From: an uncultured Eubacteriales bacterium
Lineage (GTDB): Bacteria > Bacillota > Clostridia > RUG12999
Direction: 5' to 3'
Length of the DNA stretch: 64,000 nucleotides
NCBI GenBank assembly: GCA_964592375.1
Contig: CAZQDP010000002.1
Span: 10,369-74,368, forward strand
The notes under the pieces are model-generated. The model was not told the origin of the DNA. It saw nothing but the letters and a program-made list of their open reading frames with translations, and searched no databases. The translations under genes and the position numbers were made by a program. How positions within the stretch are numbered: position 1 is the stretch's first letter; every line of letters begins with the position of its first letter. Shown piece after piece: positions 40,301-49,924 of the stretch.

Positions 40301-42215
40301 TGTTGAGTGAGCCTTGAAAACTCACGCCCAGTGCAGTGATGTTTTGGATTTGCGTATTATTTGTAATATAGGACCATTTATCTCCTGTTGCCATAAAGCG
40401 CTTGATGGCATCGAGTGAATTGATGTCTCCACCGTAGTCACCTGGATTTGTTCTGTACCATCTATTGGACAAAAATACAGCGGAGTAAGGGTTCGCCGCT
40501 ACTTTGGTTTGTGCAAGTGGGATTGGAGAGGAAAAAGAATTATCCCAAAGCATCACGGAGATGCTGTATCTCCCTTTGTGGGTTGGCATATTAAGGGATA
40601 TTGAGCTCAAATTCGAGATGCCAGAAACGACATTTACACTTCGCATAATTTTAATATCTTCCACCTTTGTGCCGTTACGCACAATGGCAATGAGTGCTGC
40701 GGTAAGCGCTTTGCCGGTGGTGTTGGCAGCGGTGGTGGTCAGCGTGACGGACGAGGAGCTTGCCAAAAGTCCGGAAGCCACCGAGGAGAGCGTTACACCC
40801 TTTTTTGCAACATCCAAAGGCTCACCGGCATAGACCATGAAGTTATCAAAACTGCCTCTGAAGGCACCAGATCCGGCGGGAGTGGATACAACAATGCCTT
40901 TGAGCGTAGCGGCTGCTGCCGCATTGGTATAAGGCAGAGGAGAAGCATTACACTTCACGCCGCCAATATACATATCATAAACGGACAAGCTTTTGCTAAT
41001 TCTGATTTGAACGGTATTAAAATCCGTAATGCTACCTAAGGAATATCCCTTGATTGTTGTAGCCTCTAATGGCAGCGATATGATATTTACTTCAGGGCCT
41101 GTGCCACCTGCACTTCCCTTGACGTTAAAGTAAAAGGGGCTGGTGGTAGAGGCCGGCTTATAATCAAAGGAAACGGTTGTAATATCATTGCTCGAAGAAA
41201 ACGGAATGGTAAGCAGATTTTTGGAAGTAGCATTTGTATTTACTTCAATATATGTATTAAATGCATCCTGCTTTCGTACAAACATACCGGTATCACTGCC
41301 TAGGCTACCGCTATATACGGTATCGGCAAGCTGCAACGGCAGGTTAAGCGGCTCGTACACGGTATATCCGGCCGGAGGCGCAGGGGTTGGCACAAGCACC
41401 GGTGCCTGTGTTGAAAAAGGGGTGGGCGAGGGTGAAGGAGTGGGAGTAACATAAAGGGCAGGGTTATACATGATCAGATTATCAATATAAAAAACACCAG
41501 CGCCTGCAGCATTGCCACTGCCAATAGAGGTTTTATAAATTTTGGCATGAAGAACAGGTGGAACAGGTGGAACAGCTGTGCTTGGTCTGAACAGTATCCA
41601 ATCGGAATTAGATGAGCCGTCCACAGAAAAGCGGTATTTTTGATTTGGTACATCCGTCTCAATTTTTGCTCGATGCCATTGGCCGATGACTGCGGCGCGA
41701 TTAATATCCGTGCCGCTACCGGTGGGAGCGACAACAGGCGCCACATTGCCGCCATTTGTAGCGCTAACACCTACCGGATACGGCCAGCTCACTTCTCTGC
41801 TGTACATCATCACATTTCCGGTCGTCTGGGATGCAGTATCCATATAAAAATCATATTCGGTGATAAAAATGCCGCTTTGGTCGGCATAGCTACTGGTAGC
41901 AAGATTAGCCATGGCTTGAATAAGAGGCGCGGTACCCGTTGGAGGCGGCGTTGTGCCCAAATGCTCAATTCGCAACACCTTTCCGCGGGAGGAGTCGCCT
42001 GGGTCATTGGCGATGGTTACCTTTGAAAGCGCGGAAACGGTAGAACCATTTGACCATGGTGCCTGCACGTTACCGACCGTGTAGGTTTCAAACTTTTCTT
42101 CATAAATCACGCCGGGAGCTGCGGCAAAGCTTTCCTCGCTACCAAAAAGGCCGGGGAACGCTGCCAATTGCACCGCAAAAACAAACAATAAAACCAAAAA
42201 GATTTTTCTAAGCAT
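37365..42215 (-). CDS. Giant secreted protein (1616 aa). Order: signal peptide, N-terminal copy of an unknown jellyroll-like domain, PT-rich linker, large central glycosidase-like catalytic region of unassigned family, beta-sandwich and Ig-like (Big_2-like) domains, and a C-terminal second copy of the same domain.
   Basis: Start MLRKIFLVLLFVFAVQLAAFPG. Linker TPTPSPSPTPFSTQAPVLVPTPAPPAG. Central region with HDDAAGNYGMIGWAPGCFCPDC. Big_2-like TLKINQVMSMTVMAVIDG...TLTVTI. The N-terminus (YEEKFETY...W...IANDPGD...EYDFYMD...YRFSVDG) and C-terminus (FDETFESY...WTVGTAPAGGFVKI...VDNDPGS...EFDFMYD...WYKIKV...WYVDGVLKV) are homologous to each other and to the C-terminus of the 1228-aa protein. Confidence 0.75.
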   Translation of the reverse strand: MLRKIFLVLLFVFAVQLAAFPGLFGSEESFAAAPGVIYEEKFETYTVGNVQAPWSNGSTVSALSKVTIANDPGDSSRGKVLRIEHLGTTPPPTGTAPLIQAMANLATSSYADQSGIFITEYDFYMDTASQTTGNVMMYSREVSWPYPVGVSATNGGNVAPVVAPTGSGTDINRAAVIGQWHRAKIETDVPNQKYRFSVDGSSNSDWILFRPSTAVPPVPPVLHAKIYKTSIGSGNAAGAGVFYIDNLIMYNPALYVTPTPSPSPTPFSTQAPVLVPTPAPPAGYTVYEPLNLPLQLADTVYSGSLGSDTGMFVRKQDAFNTYIEVNTNATSKNLLTIPFSSSNDITTVSFDYKPASTTSPFYFNVKGSAGGTGPEVNIISLPLEATTIKGYSLGSITDFNTVQIRISKSLSVYDMYIGGVKCNASPLPYTNAAAAATLKGIVVSTPAGSGAFRGSFDNFMVYAGEPLDVAKKGVTLSSVASGLLASSSSVTLTTTAANTTGKALTAALIAIVRNGTKVEDIKIMRSVNVVSGISNLSSISLNMPTHKGRYSISVMLWDNSFSSPIPLAQTKVAANPYSAVFLSNRWYRTNPGDYGGDINSLDAIKRFMATGDKWSYITNNTQIQNITALGVSFQGSLNTINQVTDGWALSLEGTKIVAPWMTWTPPSYWGCLSRPAYYNAALAIAKTTIDAGATEFQHDDAAGNYGMIGWAPGCFCPDCITGFRNYLKSNLTSAQITELGITDIDTFDYKQFILVKGITTNNDYTSQRTTTLGATNTWFKKFQMYTSEQYYANLRSAMNAYAGRNITLSVNMNAMSVNDIILTDQYMGQSFDYGITEHNEGAHSLTNIVTGGSIRTSIGTPIIISPVVTQRTKELVRPAIAQAYAMGQYMLVPWDIWLPGTDVPRYFGTIEEYGDIYQFIRENATLFDGREIPAKVGVLVNWADITVTNTGAIKDFVMNLFNAGVPFKLLMANYNSDYPLYTIQKEQLGGLDYVLTYSDINSFSAEDKAAVQGCGATLVDKGSVNSTFISARDAATVLGASDVYSVVRRAQNGDTSLHIISNDGYSKPENLSVSISSAFVPENPEAWLYRPGKTPQKLTLGFASGKYSASIDSMAEWAIISFTKRAQNERGSFILPKEYSAFNVGNPAPTGSAMMEGGRILMKSTGKGMNTYTQNDSGKQDSLTYAYKYIDSPMLRDYSVSAAVERLEGPLGTGGGVMVREGPATNAIFAALRKRTDGKLFLEYRATTNVSTTSVDLGYTTNPYLKIAKVGSAIYAYTSANGITWTSVGQSVSIVFGQATVGSFVFSGDSANAATAVILGLTVTQQAKQLSLDRIGTVSFNPSTPLTLKINQVMSMTVMAVIDGKNTVITPDMYTLSSGNTAVMQLPSASSIKGIAQGDTTLTVTIPATGGNKVLTANISVLDKISVFDETFESYTANEAFNSTKWTVGTAPAGGFVKIIPRPTGAPANTESGQCVHIKVDNDPGSVDITANFQRLTDTAVVEFDFMYDRAGGKLVYLNGEGYNVSSFISNSITSIQMDSTYYTIMSSTSKNRWYKIKVVANIVDNTTDWYVDGVLKVSDKSFRNPTKSLSQIAFGTFTLGSNTDLYIDNVKVYDQ

Positions 42216-42297
42216 AACTCACACTTCTTTCTTGAATACAGCATTTACTTAGAGAAGAGAAAAAGAAATTGGTAAACGCTTGCATACTTTTTATGAC

Positions 42298-43650
42298 TTA
42301 TATAATAATTCCATTATTTTTAATGACATCACGATACCAGTGTGCACTGCGCTTTAAGGTGCGCTTTTGGGTTTCGTAATCCACATGCACAATGCCAAAG
42401 CGTTTTGTATACCCAAAGCCCCATTCAAAATTGTCCATCAGAGACCACAAATAGTATGAATCCACATTGGCGCCATCTTCAATGGCTTGATGCATGGCCA
42501 AAATATGCTTATGAATATAATCAATGCGTCCGTCATCCTCAATATTTCCGTTGCGATTGATAATATCACGTACACACGCGCCGTTTTCCATAATGCGCAC
42601 AGGAATATTATTATAATTATTTTTGAGGCTAATTAGTAAATCATACAAAGCCTCAGGCCATATTTCTCCTCCGGTTTCTATTCTGTCTCTTCCCTGAGAC
42701 ACATTGGCACCTTCTAAGGGCCATGCCGAGGGTTCATGACGAATGTAAGCACAGGTATAATAGTTTATGCCCAAAAAGTCTGTGGGAGTGGATATGATTT
42801 TCATATCCTCCGCCTTCACTTCTGGCAATATAATCCCCTTTTTCTCATACCACTGCCATGTATCTTGAGGATAAGCTCCTTTTAAAACCGGATCGCAGAA
42901 CCATCTATTAGCAAAGCCGTCTTCTCTTTTGGCGGCGGCAATATCCTCCGGCGCATCGGAGGCCGCATAGCGTGGCAACATGGCATTGCATATGCCGATT
43001 TCAGCCTTTTTCCCGCTTTGTCTTAAGGCTTGCACCGCTTTACCATGAGACAAAAGCAAATGATGGGCAACCTGTAGGGCTTCGGAAAAATCCTTGTGGG
43101 CAGGTGCAATATATCCGTACCAATGCCCCGTAAAGGTGGTTACCCTCGGTTCATTGTGGGTGAGCCACAAAGGAACCATATCCCCAAGCTCTTTGTACAT
43201 CAAAGCGGCATATTCCTGAAAATAATCACAAATATCTCTGTTTGCCCATCCGCCCTTATCCTGCAAAGCTTGCGGAAGATCCCAATGGTACAAGGTCACC
43301 GCCGGCTTGATGCCGTTTTTAAGTAGTGTTTCGGTCAGTTTTTTATAAAAGTCAATGCCCTTTTGATTGACCTGTCCAAAGCCGGAGGGCATGACTCTTG
43401 GCCAAGATATGGAATAACGGTAGGCTTGAAGGCCAATCTGCTTCATGATGGCCACATCTTCTTCATAAAGGTGATAGTGATCACAAGCGACATCGCCGGT
43501 TTTTCCGTCCTCTATTTTGCCGGGCATATGGGTAAATCTGTCCCAAATAGATTCGCCTTTTCCATCTTCATTCCATCCGCCTTCTATTTGGTAGGAGGCA
43601 GTGGCACTTCCCCAAGTAAATCCTTTCGGAAAGTTCTTTTGCATACTCAA
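42298..43650 (-). CDS. GH1 beta-glucosidase (second copy).
   Basis: [19 protein letters not shown] and IMENG motifs. Confidence 0.9.
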   Translation of the reverse strand: MSMQKNFPKGFTWGSATASYQIEGGWNEDGKGESIWDRFTHMPGKIEDGKTGDVACDHYHLYEEDVAIMKQIGLQAYRYSISWPRVMPSGFGQVNQKGIDFYKKLTETLLKNGIKPAVTLYHWDLPQALQDKGGWANRDICDYFQEYAALMYKELGDMVPLWLTHNEPRVTTFTGHWYGYIAPAHKDFSEALQVAHHLLLSHGKAVQALRQSGKKAEIGICNAMLPRYAASDAPEDIAAAKREDGFANRWFCDPVLKGAYPQDTWQWYEKKGIILPEVKAEDMKIISTPTDFLGINYYTCAYIRHEPSAWPLEGANVSQGRDRIETGGEIWPEALYDLLISLKNNYNNIPVRIMENGACVRDIINRNGNIEDDGRIDYIHKHILAMHQAIEDGANVDSYYLWSLMDNFEWGFGYTKRFGIVHVDYETQKRTLKRSAHWYRDVIKNNGIII

Positions 43651-43686
43651 AAATCATCACTCTTCCTTATATTGTTATTTTTGTAT

Positions 43687-44367
43687 TTATATAATTTCTT
43701 CTTCATTCTGCCTTTGCATGGCGGGGCGAAACTGCGAAAAAGCAAGGTGCAAGAGTTTTCTTACGGCAAGCAGTCCAAGATCCAGCATTAGGATAAGGAT
43801 AAGACAGCCATTCATCATAAATGGAGCGAGTTTGCCGTGATTGGCTTTTGCAAATATTTGAGGCACATAGCGTGCTACCTCCCAACGATACACATAAAAT
43901 GAAGGAATGGCAGAGGAGGTGCCCGCTATTTGATCAATTGACCATAATTTACCATATACAATAAACCGACATTTGTTGGTAATGGCATGGTAAAAATGGT
44001 CAAAAGGGTTGTTGCCTACAAGAGACAGTCTCTCTGGGTCTATTTGCAGTTTGGCCGGGAATAACCCTGTTAAAGCTTCCATGCCGCCAATCACCTTTGC
44101 ATTGGAATATTTCGGAGCGTATTCGATAAGAAGCTTGCGCTCATTAAATTCCCCTGAGGATTCAGAAGACCATTGCACAGGCAAAAGACCCCATGCCAAA
44201 AAGGTTAAAGACAGCGCCCAGAGTAGTAGCCGTGCCGCCACGACCTTTCTTTGCAGTACAAACACAAGCATGCACTTTAGGCAAGGCACTATCTTTTTGA
44301 AAAATGACACTGCCGTTTTGATTTTTATGTACAAAGAATTCTTCTGCATAGTCAATTGGAATATCAT
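43687..44367 (-). CDS. Hypothetical membrane-anchored protein (N- and C-terminal TM segments), family not recognised.
   Basis: 226-aa ORF lying between the CE4 deacetylase and GH1 on the same strand with gaps of 46 and 36 nt. Confidence 0.45.
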   Translation of the reverse strand: MIFQLTMQKNSLYIKIKTAVSFFKKIVPCLKCMLVFVLQRKVVAARLLLWALSLTFLAWGLLPVQWSSESSGEFNERKLLIEYAPKYSNAKVIGGMEALTGLFPAKLQIDPERLSLVGNNPFDHFYHAITNKCRFIVYGKLWSIDQIAGTSSAIPSFYVYRWEVARYVPQIFAKANHGKLAPFMMNGCLILILMLDLGLLAVRKLLHLAFSQFRPAMQRQNEEEII

Positions 44368-44413
44368 TCCTTCTGCTTTGGTTTTCTATGGTAAAAAACG
44401 CACGCTATATCAG

Positions 44414-45295
44414 TTACGGAATAATAACACCGAAAACAAAGCCTACGTTTTTAAGATATTCAATGCAATAGTCTAAGGTTTCTACCGTGTACATATGCGC
44501 CATGGTATCATGCATCAGTACCACGACATCTTCTTTCGCACTACAAGTGGAAACCAAGCTTTCAATAACCCGATCTTGGGAGGCGGGTTTGCCGTCCGAA
44601 TCGCTGTTGACAGCGTTCCAGTCCAAATACGCATAGTCTGTTGTAGGAAGTAGCTGCCGAAAGTGTGCTTTTTTTTGTTCAAAAGAGCCGCCGGGAAAAC
44701 GAAAAAGCTTCACAATATTCTCTCGTCCGATTACCTCTGCCAGGGTATCTTCGCAGGCTTGCAATTCATATAAAAAGCTTTTTGTACTTGCGTATACATT
44801 GCCATAACGATGAGAAAAAGAGTGGTTGGCAATCAGGTGACCTTCGGCATAAGCCCTTTTTGTGATTTCGGGATATAGCTTTACCTGGCTTCCCACACAG
44901 AAAAAAGTGGCACGAATATGGTGCTTTGCCAATATATCAAGGATGGGTGCTGTATTGGGTGTGGGGCCATCGTCAAATGTCAGATAAGCTACTTTTATGC
45001 CATCCCCCTCGCTGATACAGCTTGGGAGCAGATCTGCCTGCATAGCTGAGGATACACGAACGACCATCAAGGGGGTAGGGGATGGCAATAGCAGGGGTGG
45101 AATATTTTGCTCATATTCAGCGCGTGGATTTTCCGATAAAAAATCAGTTGCATGTGCGCTTGTGGGAATGGGAAGGCTGATGGTATAGACCACAATCATC
45201 GCAACAGCGGATAGGGAAACCAGACCATATATCGCTGTACTCAATATATTGACCATGTGCCGGCCAGGCTGCAAGAAATCACAGATATATTTCAT
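44414..45295 (-). CDS. Membrane-anchored polysaccharide deacetylase (CE4 / NodB homology).
   Basis: N-terminal TM, then AYLTFDDGPTPNT...RATFFCVG...HSFSH (NodB motifs TFDDG, H-x-x-x-H). Confidence 0.85.
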   Translation of the reverse strand: MKYICDFLQPGRHMVNILSTAIYGLVSLSAVAMIVVYTISLPIPTSAHATDFLSENPRAEYEQNIPPLLLPSPTPLMVVRVSSAMQADLLPSCISEGDGIKVAYLTFDDGPTPNTAPILDILAKHHIRATFFCVGSQVKLYPEITKRAYAEGHLIANHSFSHRYGNVYASTKSFLYELQACEDTLAEVIGRENIVKLFRFPGGSFEQKKAHFRQLLPTTDYAYLDWNAVNSDSDGKPASQDRVIESLVSTCSAKEDVVVLMHDTMAHMYTVETLDYCIEYLKNVGFVFGVIIP

Positions 45296-45502
45296 TTTTT
45301 GTCCTTTACATGTATGGATTACCCCAAATGCTGATGTTAATAAACCTTTTGTAAAGGCAAGTGACGTAGCTGAGCGACTTTGGGCATAATTTAACTTTTA
45401 TTATTCATATAATTATAAATAGAATACTCCAATGTTATTATACACAATATTATATGAAAAATCAAGAGGAAAACGTTGAAAAATACAATATAATTTATTA
45501 TA

Positions 45503-46426
45503 ATGGAGTTGAAAGGATGGGTGAACCCATTGAAGAAGATGTTATCGCTATTTTTAGCATTGCTACTAAGCACAGGATGCATGCCTCATTCGCTAAGTGA
45601 CCAAAAGTCCAAAGAGGATTTGTCAAAGGCGATGCCCCAAAGCACGGCAAATTCGCCTATGCCACCTAACACACCTTCTACTGCCTTGCCACAGCGCACA
45701 AATACTCCGACTTCCTCTCTGGCACCTTCAGTAAAGCTGAGCAACGCCAAAATCGGATGGGGAATGAAAAAGAACAAGGGGGCGGCCCCGGAGGTATCTT
45801 CCTCCCTCGCTCAGATGCTGAAGAAATATGATGCATATTACATAGGACAAACAAATGAAAAGGTACTGTATTTGACCTTTGATGAAGGATACGAAAATGG
45901 CTATACATCGCAGATACTGGACACGCTGAAAAGCAATCGGGTCCCTGCCGCATTTTTCATTACAGGACCGTACTTAAAAAAAGAAAAAGAGCTTGTGCGA
46001 CGTATGGTTGAGGAGGGTCATGTCGTTGGGAACCACACAGTCAATCATCCGAGCATGCCCGATATTTCCCAGATGAAGATGGAGGATGAATTGCTACTGC
46101 TGGATAGAACCTTCAAAGAATATTTTGGGCAGGATATGGACTATGTGCGCCCTCCCAAGGGGGAATTTAGCGAGCGTACGCTCAGCGATACCCGAGAGCT
46201 TGGCTATCAAACAATTCTGTGGAGCTTCGCATATGCCGATTGGGATACAAAGACGCAAAAAGGGGCGGATTATGCCTATCGCGAGGTCATGGATTATTTG
46301 CACCCCGGTGCGATCATCCTACTTCATGCCGTATCATCGGATAATGCGGGTGCACTGGATAAAATTATCAAAGATGCACAAGGCCTTGGCTACACATTTA
46401 AAAGCCTAGACAATCTGTCGCAATAG
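45503..46426 (+). CDS. Lipoprotein polysaccharide deacetylase, PdaA-like (delta-lactam-biosynthetic de-N-acetylase family).
   Basis: Lipobox LLSTGC. LTFDEGYENGYTSQILDTLK...AAFFITG...VGNHTVNHP closely resembles PdaA-type CE4 enzymes. An alternative ATG start is at 45539. Confidence 0.75.
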   Translation: MELKGWVNPLKKMLSLFLALLLSTGCMPHSLSDQKSKEDLSKAMPQSTANSPMPPNTPSTALPQRTNTPTSSLAPSVKLSNAKIGWGMKKNKGAAPEVSSSLAQMLKKYDAYYIGQTNEKVLYLTFDEGYENGYTSQILDTLKSNRVPAAFFITGPYLKKEKELVRRMVEEGHVVGNHTVNHPSMPDISQMKMEDELLLLDRTFKEYFGQDMDYVRPPKGEFSERTLSDTRELGYQTILWSFAYADWDTKTQKGADYAYREVMDYLHPGAIILLHAVSSDNAGALDKIIKDAQGLGYTFKSLDNLSQ

Positions 46427-46455
46427 AAGCGAAAAATAAGTGAAAATAGACCCAT

Positions 46456-46497
46456 AATCAAACATGAGCCCACGTGCTAGGGCTCATGTTTGATTAT
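46456..46497 (+). terminator. Rho-independent terminator after the pdaA-like gene.
   Basis: Stem aatcaaacatgagccc / gggctcatgtttgatt. Confidence 0.65.
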
Positions 46498-46544
46498 TAA
46501 AGCCATATTCAAAGAAGTAAAATAGCGAATTTTAAAAAAAAATC

Positions 46545-46574
46545 TTGAAATATGCTATTTAAATGTGCTATAAT
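46545..46574 (+). promoter_or_regulatory. Sigma-A promoter (TTGAAA-N18-TATAAT) for glmM-glmS.
   Basis: Hexamers at 46545-50 and 46569-74. Confidence 0.5.
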
Positions 46575-46617
46575 GATTTTAATATAAAAGATGAAAGAAA
46601 TATAAAGGAGTGTTCAC

Positions 46618-47970
46618 ATGGGGATATTGTTTGGAACGGATGGAGTGAGAGGGATTGCCAATACCGAACTAACACCCGAACTCGCTTTTAAGCTTGGTAG
46701 GTACGGCGCACATGTACTGACAGGGCATTTAAGCCATAAACCTCGTATTATTGTTGGCAGGGATACTCGTATATCGGGAGATATGTTAGAGTCTGCATTG
46801 GTTGCAGGGATATTATCGGCAGGCGCTCATGCGGATGTTTTAGGCGTTGTGCCAACACCGGCTGTTTCGTATCTTACTAGAAAATATAATGCGGATGCAG
46901 GGGTGGTTATTTCTGCTTCGCACAATTCAGCCCAATATAACGGAATAAAATTTTTCAATGCGGATGGCTTTAAGCTCAGTGATGCCATGGAGGATGAAAT
47001 TGAGACCTATGTGCTCGGTCAAAAGGAAATGGAGGAAATTCCTTGGGGAGCGAATATCGGGCGTAAAACTCGTATGCCGTCCGATGCAGAGGAAGACTAT
47101 GTGGCCTTTGCCATTTCCACTGCACCCTGCTCACTTTCTGGATTAAAGGTGGCGGTGGACTGTGCCAACGGAGCGGCATATCGAGTGGCAACGCAGGCAC
47201 TTACAAGACTTGGAGCGGAGATTTCAATTATTTTCAATGACCCCGATGGGATCAATATCAATGAGGACTGTGGCTCAACACATACCAAAAGGCTAAAAAG
47301 CTTTGTGGTAGAAACAGGAAGTGATATCGGCATTGCTTTTGATGGAGACGCAGACCGGCTTATCGCCATTGATGAAACCGGAAAAACTATTAATGGAGAT
47401 ACCATTATGGGTCTTTGTGCCATGCAGCTCAAAGAAAAAGGCAATCTCAAAGGCGCCCTGGTGGCTACGGTGATGAGTAATTTGGGCCTCAGCTTGGCTT
47501 GTGAGCAACAGGAAATTGAAGTGGTGCAAGCAAAGGTGGGCGATCGGTATGTGCTGGAGGAAATGGTTGCAAGAGGATGTAATTTAGGCGGAGAGCAGTC
47601 GGGGCACATTATCTTTTTGGATTACAATACCACGGGGGACGGCCTCATTACCGCTATTCAGCTTTTGTGCATGCTCAAAGAAAAGGGGATGCCAGCTTCC
47701 CAAATGGCAAAGAGGATTTCTATTTTGCCTCAGGTGCTGGTCAATGTGAAAATTCAAAACAAATATAAAGAGTCCATGATGTTAGATCCCGAGGTGGCGG
47801 CCTTTATCAGCCGGTTGGACCGCAAATACGATGGGACAGGCAGAGTGCTGGTCAGACCTTCCGGAACGGAGCCACTTGTCCGCATTATGATAGAAGGACA
47901 GGATAAGGATGAAATGAAAGAGGATGCTTACAATTTGGGGCAGCTTCTGGAAAATAAATTTGGTCAATAA
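46618..47970 (+). CDS. glmM: Phosphoglucosamine mutase.
   Basis: GTDGVRG and the active-site SASHNS, 450 aa. Confidence 0.95.
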   Translation: MGILFGTDGVRGIANTELTPELAFKLGRYGAHVLTGHLSHKPRIIVGRDTRISGDMLESALVAGILSAGAHADVLGVVPTPAVSYLTRKYNADAGVVISASHNSAQYNGIKFFNADGFKLSDAMEDEIETYVLGQKEMEEIPWGANIGRKTRMPSDAEEDYVAFAISTAPCSLSGLKVAVDCANGAAYRVATQALTRLGAEISIIFNDPDGININEDCGSTHTKRLKSFVVETGSDIGIAFDGDADRLIAIDETGKTINGDTIMGLCAMQLKEKGNLKGALVATVMSNLGLSLACEQQEIEVVQAKVGDRYVLEEMVARGCNLGGEQSGHIIFLDYNTTGDGLITAIQLLCMLKEKGMPASQMAKRISILPQVLVNVKIQNKYKESMMLDPEVAAFISRLDRKYDGTGRVLVRPSGTEPLVRIMIEGQDKDEMKEDAYNLGQLLENKFGQ

Positions 47971-47997
47971 CAGTAACAGAAAGGAACGTGACAAAAC

Positions 47998-49824
47998 ATG
48001 TGCGGAATAGTAGGATACATAGGAAAAAAGCAGGCTGCACCCATACTACTGAGTGGTCTTAAAAAACTGGAATACAGAGGATATGATTCTGCCGGCGTTG
48101 CCATCTTATCGGACAAAAAGATTGTGGTAGAAAAAACAAAAGGACGACTGAGCGTTTTAGATGAGAAACTAGATGGCGGAAAATTAATTTCCGGCAACAT
48201 TGGCATTGGCCATACCCGTTGGGCAACGCATGGAGCACCTTCAGATGTCAATTCTCATCCGCATTTATCAAAAAAAGGCACCATTGCAGTTGTGCATAAT
48301 GGCATTATCGAAAATTATTTAAGGCTGAAGGGTTTTTTAATTGAGAATGGATATACTTTTTTATCGGATACAGACACAGAGGTTATCTCGCATTTGATGG
48401 ATTATTACTACGAAGGCGATATTGTGGATGCCCTCATTAAGACCATCGGCAAGCTGGAAGGCTCGTATGCGCTTGGTATTGTATCCTCCGATCATCCCGG
48501 CGAGATGGTTGCCGTGAGAAAAGACAGTCCGCTCATTGTTGGAATTGGGGAGACGGAAAACTATATAGCCTCTGATATTCCGGCAGTTTTGGAATACACA
48601 AGGGACGTTTATCTGCTGGAAGACAAGGAGATTGTGCGTTTTGTCGGCAGTGAAATTACCATCATGGACCTTGATAAAAAGGTCATTCAAAAAGAAATAT
48701 TTAAGGTCAATTGGGATGTATCTGCTGCTGAAAAGGGTGGCTATGAGCATTTTATGTTTAAAGAAATTATGGAACAGCCCAAGGCTATTCGAGATACCAT
48801 CAGCCCTCGCATTCAAGATGGGAAAATTGTACTTGATAATATCAGCCTCACGGATGAGGATATTACCGCCATTGAGCGTGTGTTTATTGTGGGTTGCGGC
48901 TCCGCATACCATGTTGGTGTGGTGGGAAAATATGTTATTGAAAAACTCGCCCGTATTCCGGTGGAAGTGGATTTGGCTTCGGAATTCAGATACAGAGAGC
49001 CTATTGTGGGGAAAGACGATTTGGTCATTATCATCAGCCAGTCGGGCGAAACGGCAGATACACTGGCGGCACTCAGAGAAGCGAAAAGACGCGGAGCGAG
49101 AATTTTATCCATCATCAATGTGGTGGGCAGCTCCATTGCAAGAGAATCGGATGATGTGCTCTATACTTGGGCCGGACCTGAAATTGCCGTAGCCACCACC
49201 AAGGCTTACAGCACCCAGATGGACGCCCTGTTCCTCATTGCAATGCACCTTGGTAAAAGCAGAAAAACCATGTCGATAGCGCTGGAAGAGGAGCTCATTC
49301 GTGAGCTTGTGCTCCTTCCAGAAAAAATATCCCGGATTGTTGATAATCAGACCGAACTTCAAGAATATGCAGCCAAGCATTTTAATGTGAAGGATGTATT
49401 CTTCTTAGGTCGTGGACTGGACTTCTGCGTTGCACTTGAAGGCTCGCTCAAGCTGAAGGAAATCTCCTACATCCATTCGGAGGCCTATGCGGCAGGAGAG
49501 TTGAAGCATGGTACGATCTCGCTGATTGAAGAAGGCACAATGGTGATTGCGCTTGCAACCCAACCAAACCTTTTTGATAAAATGCTCAGTAATATTAAAG
49601 AGGTAAAGGCAAGAGGTGCCATGGTACTTGCCATTGCCATTGAGGGAAATACAGAAATGGAAAAAGAAGCGGATTTTGTATATTATATACCTAAAACCCA
49701 CGAACTCATCGCACCGGCCATTGCGGTTGTGCCACTGCAAATTTTTGCGTATTACATGTCCGTGAATAAGGGCTGTGATGTGGATAAACCTCGTAATCTT
49801 GCGAAATCGGTTACAGTTGAGTAA
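47998..49824 (+). CDS. glmS: Glutamine--fructose-6-phosphate aminotransferase.
   Basis: MCGIVGY N-terminal nucleophile followed by two SIS domains, 608 aa. Confidence 0.95.
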   Translation: MCGIVGYIGKKQAAPILLSGLKKLEYRGYDSAGVAILSDKKIVVEKTKGRLSVLDEKLDGGKLISGNIGIGHTRWATHGAPSDVNSHPHLSKKGTIAVVHNGIIENYLRLKGFLIENGYTFLSDTDTEVISHLMDYYYEGDIVDALIKTIGKLEGSYALGIVSSDHPGEMVAVRKDSPLIVGIGETENYIASDIPAVLEYTRDVYLLEDKEIVRFVGSEITIMDLDKKVIQKEIFKVNWDVSAAEKGGYEHFMFKEIMEQPKAIRDTISPRIQDGKIVLDNISLTDEDITAIERVFIVGCGSAYHVGVVGKYVIEKLARIPVEVDLASEFRYREPIVGKDDLVIIISQSGETADTLAALREAKRRGARILSIINVVGSSIARESDDVLYTWAGPEIAVATTKAYSTQMDALFLIAMHLGKSRKTMSIALEEELIRELVLLPEKISRIVDNQTELQEYAAKHFNVKDVFFLGRGLDFCVALEGSLKLKEISYIHSEAYAAGELKHGTISLIEEGTMVIALATQPNLFDKMLSNIKEVKARGAMVLAIAIEGNTEMEKEADFVYYIPKTHELIAPAIAVVPLQIFAYYMSVNKGCDVDKPRNLAKSVTVE

Positions 49825-49924
49825 TCAGATAGGCGCATTTGCACTTTCACAATGTAGAAGGGTCGGATTGTCCGGCCCTTCTTTTTGAATTCATCCAGGA
49901 ATAAATAGGAAGAAGGTGAGGATA

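Noticed and set aside
46430-46617. Possible glmS ribozyme upstream of glmM/glmS.
   Set aside because: The leader after the promoter is only about 45 nt, and the glmM-glmS gap is 27 nt. There is no room for the roughly 170-nt ribozyme.
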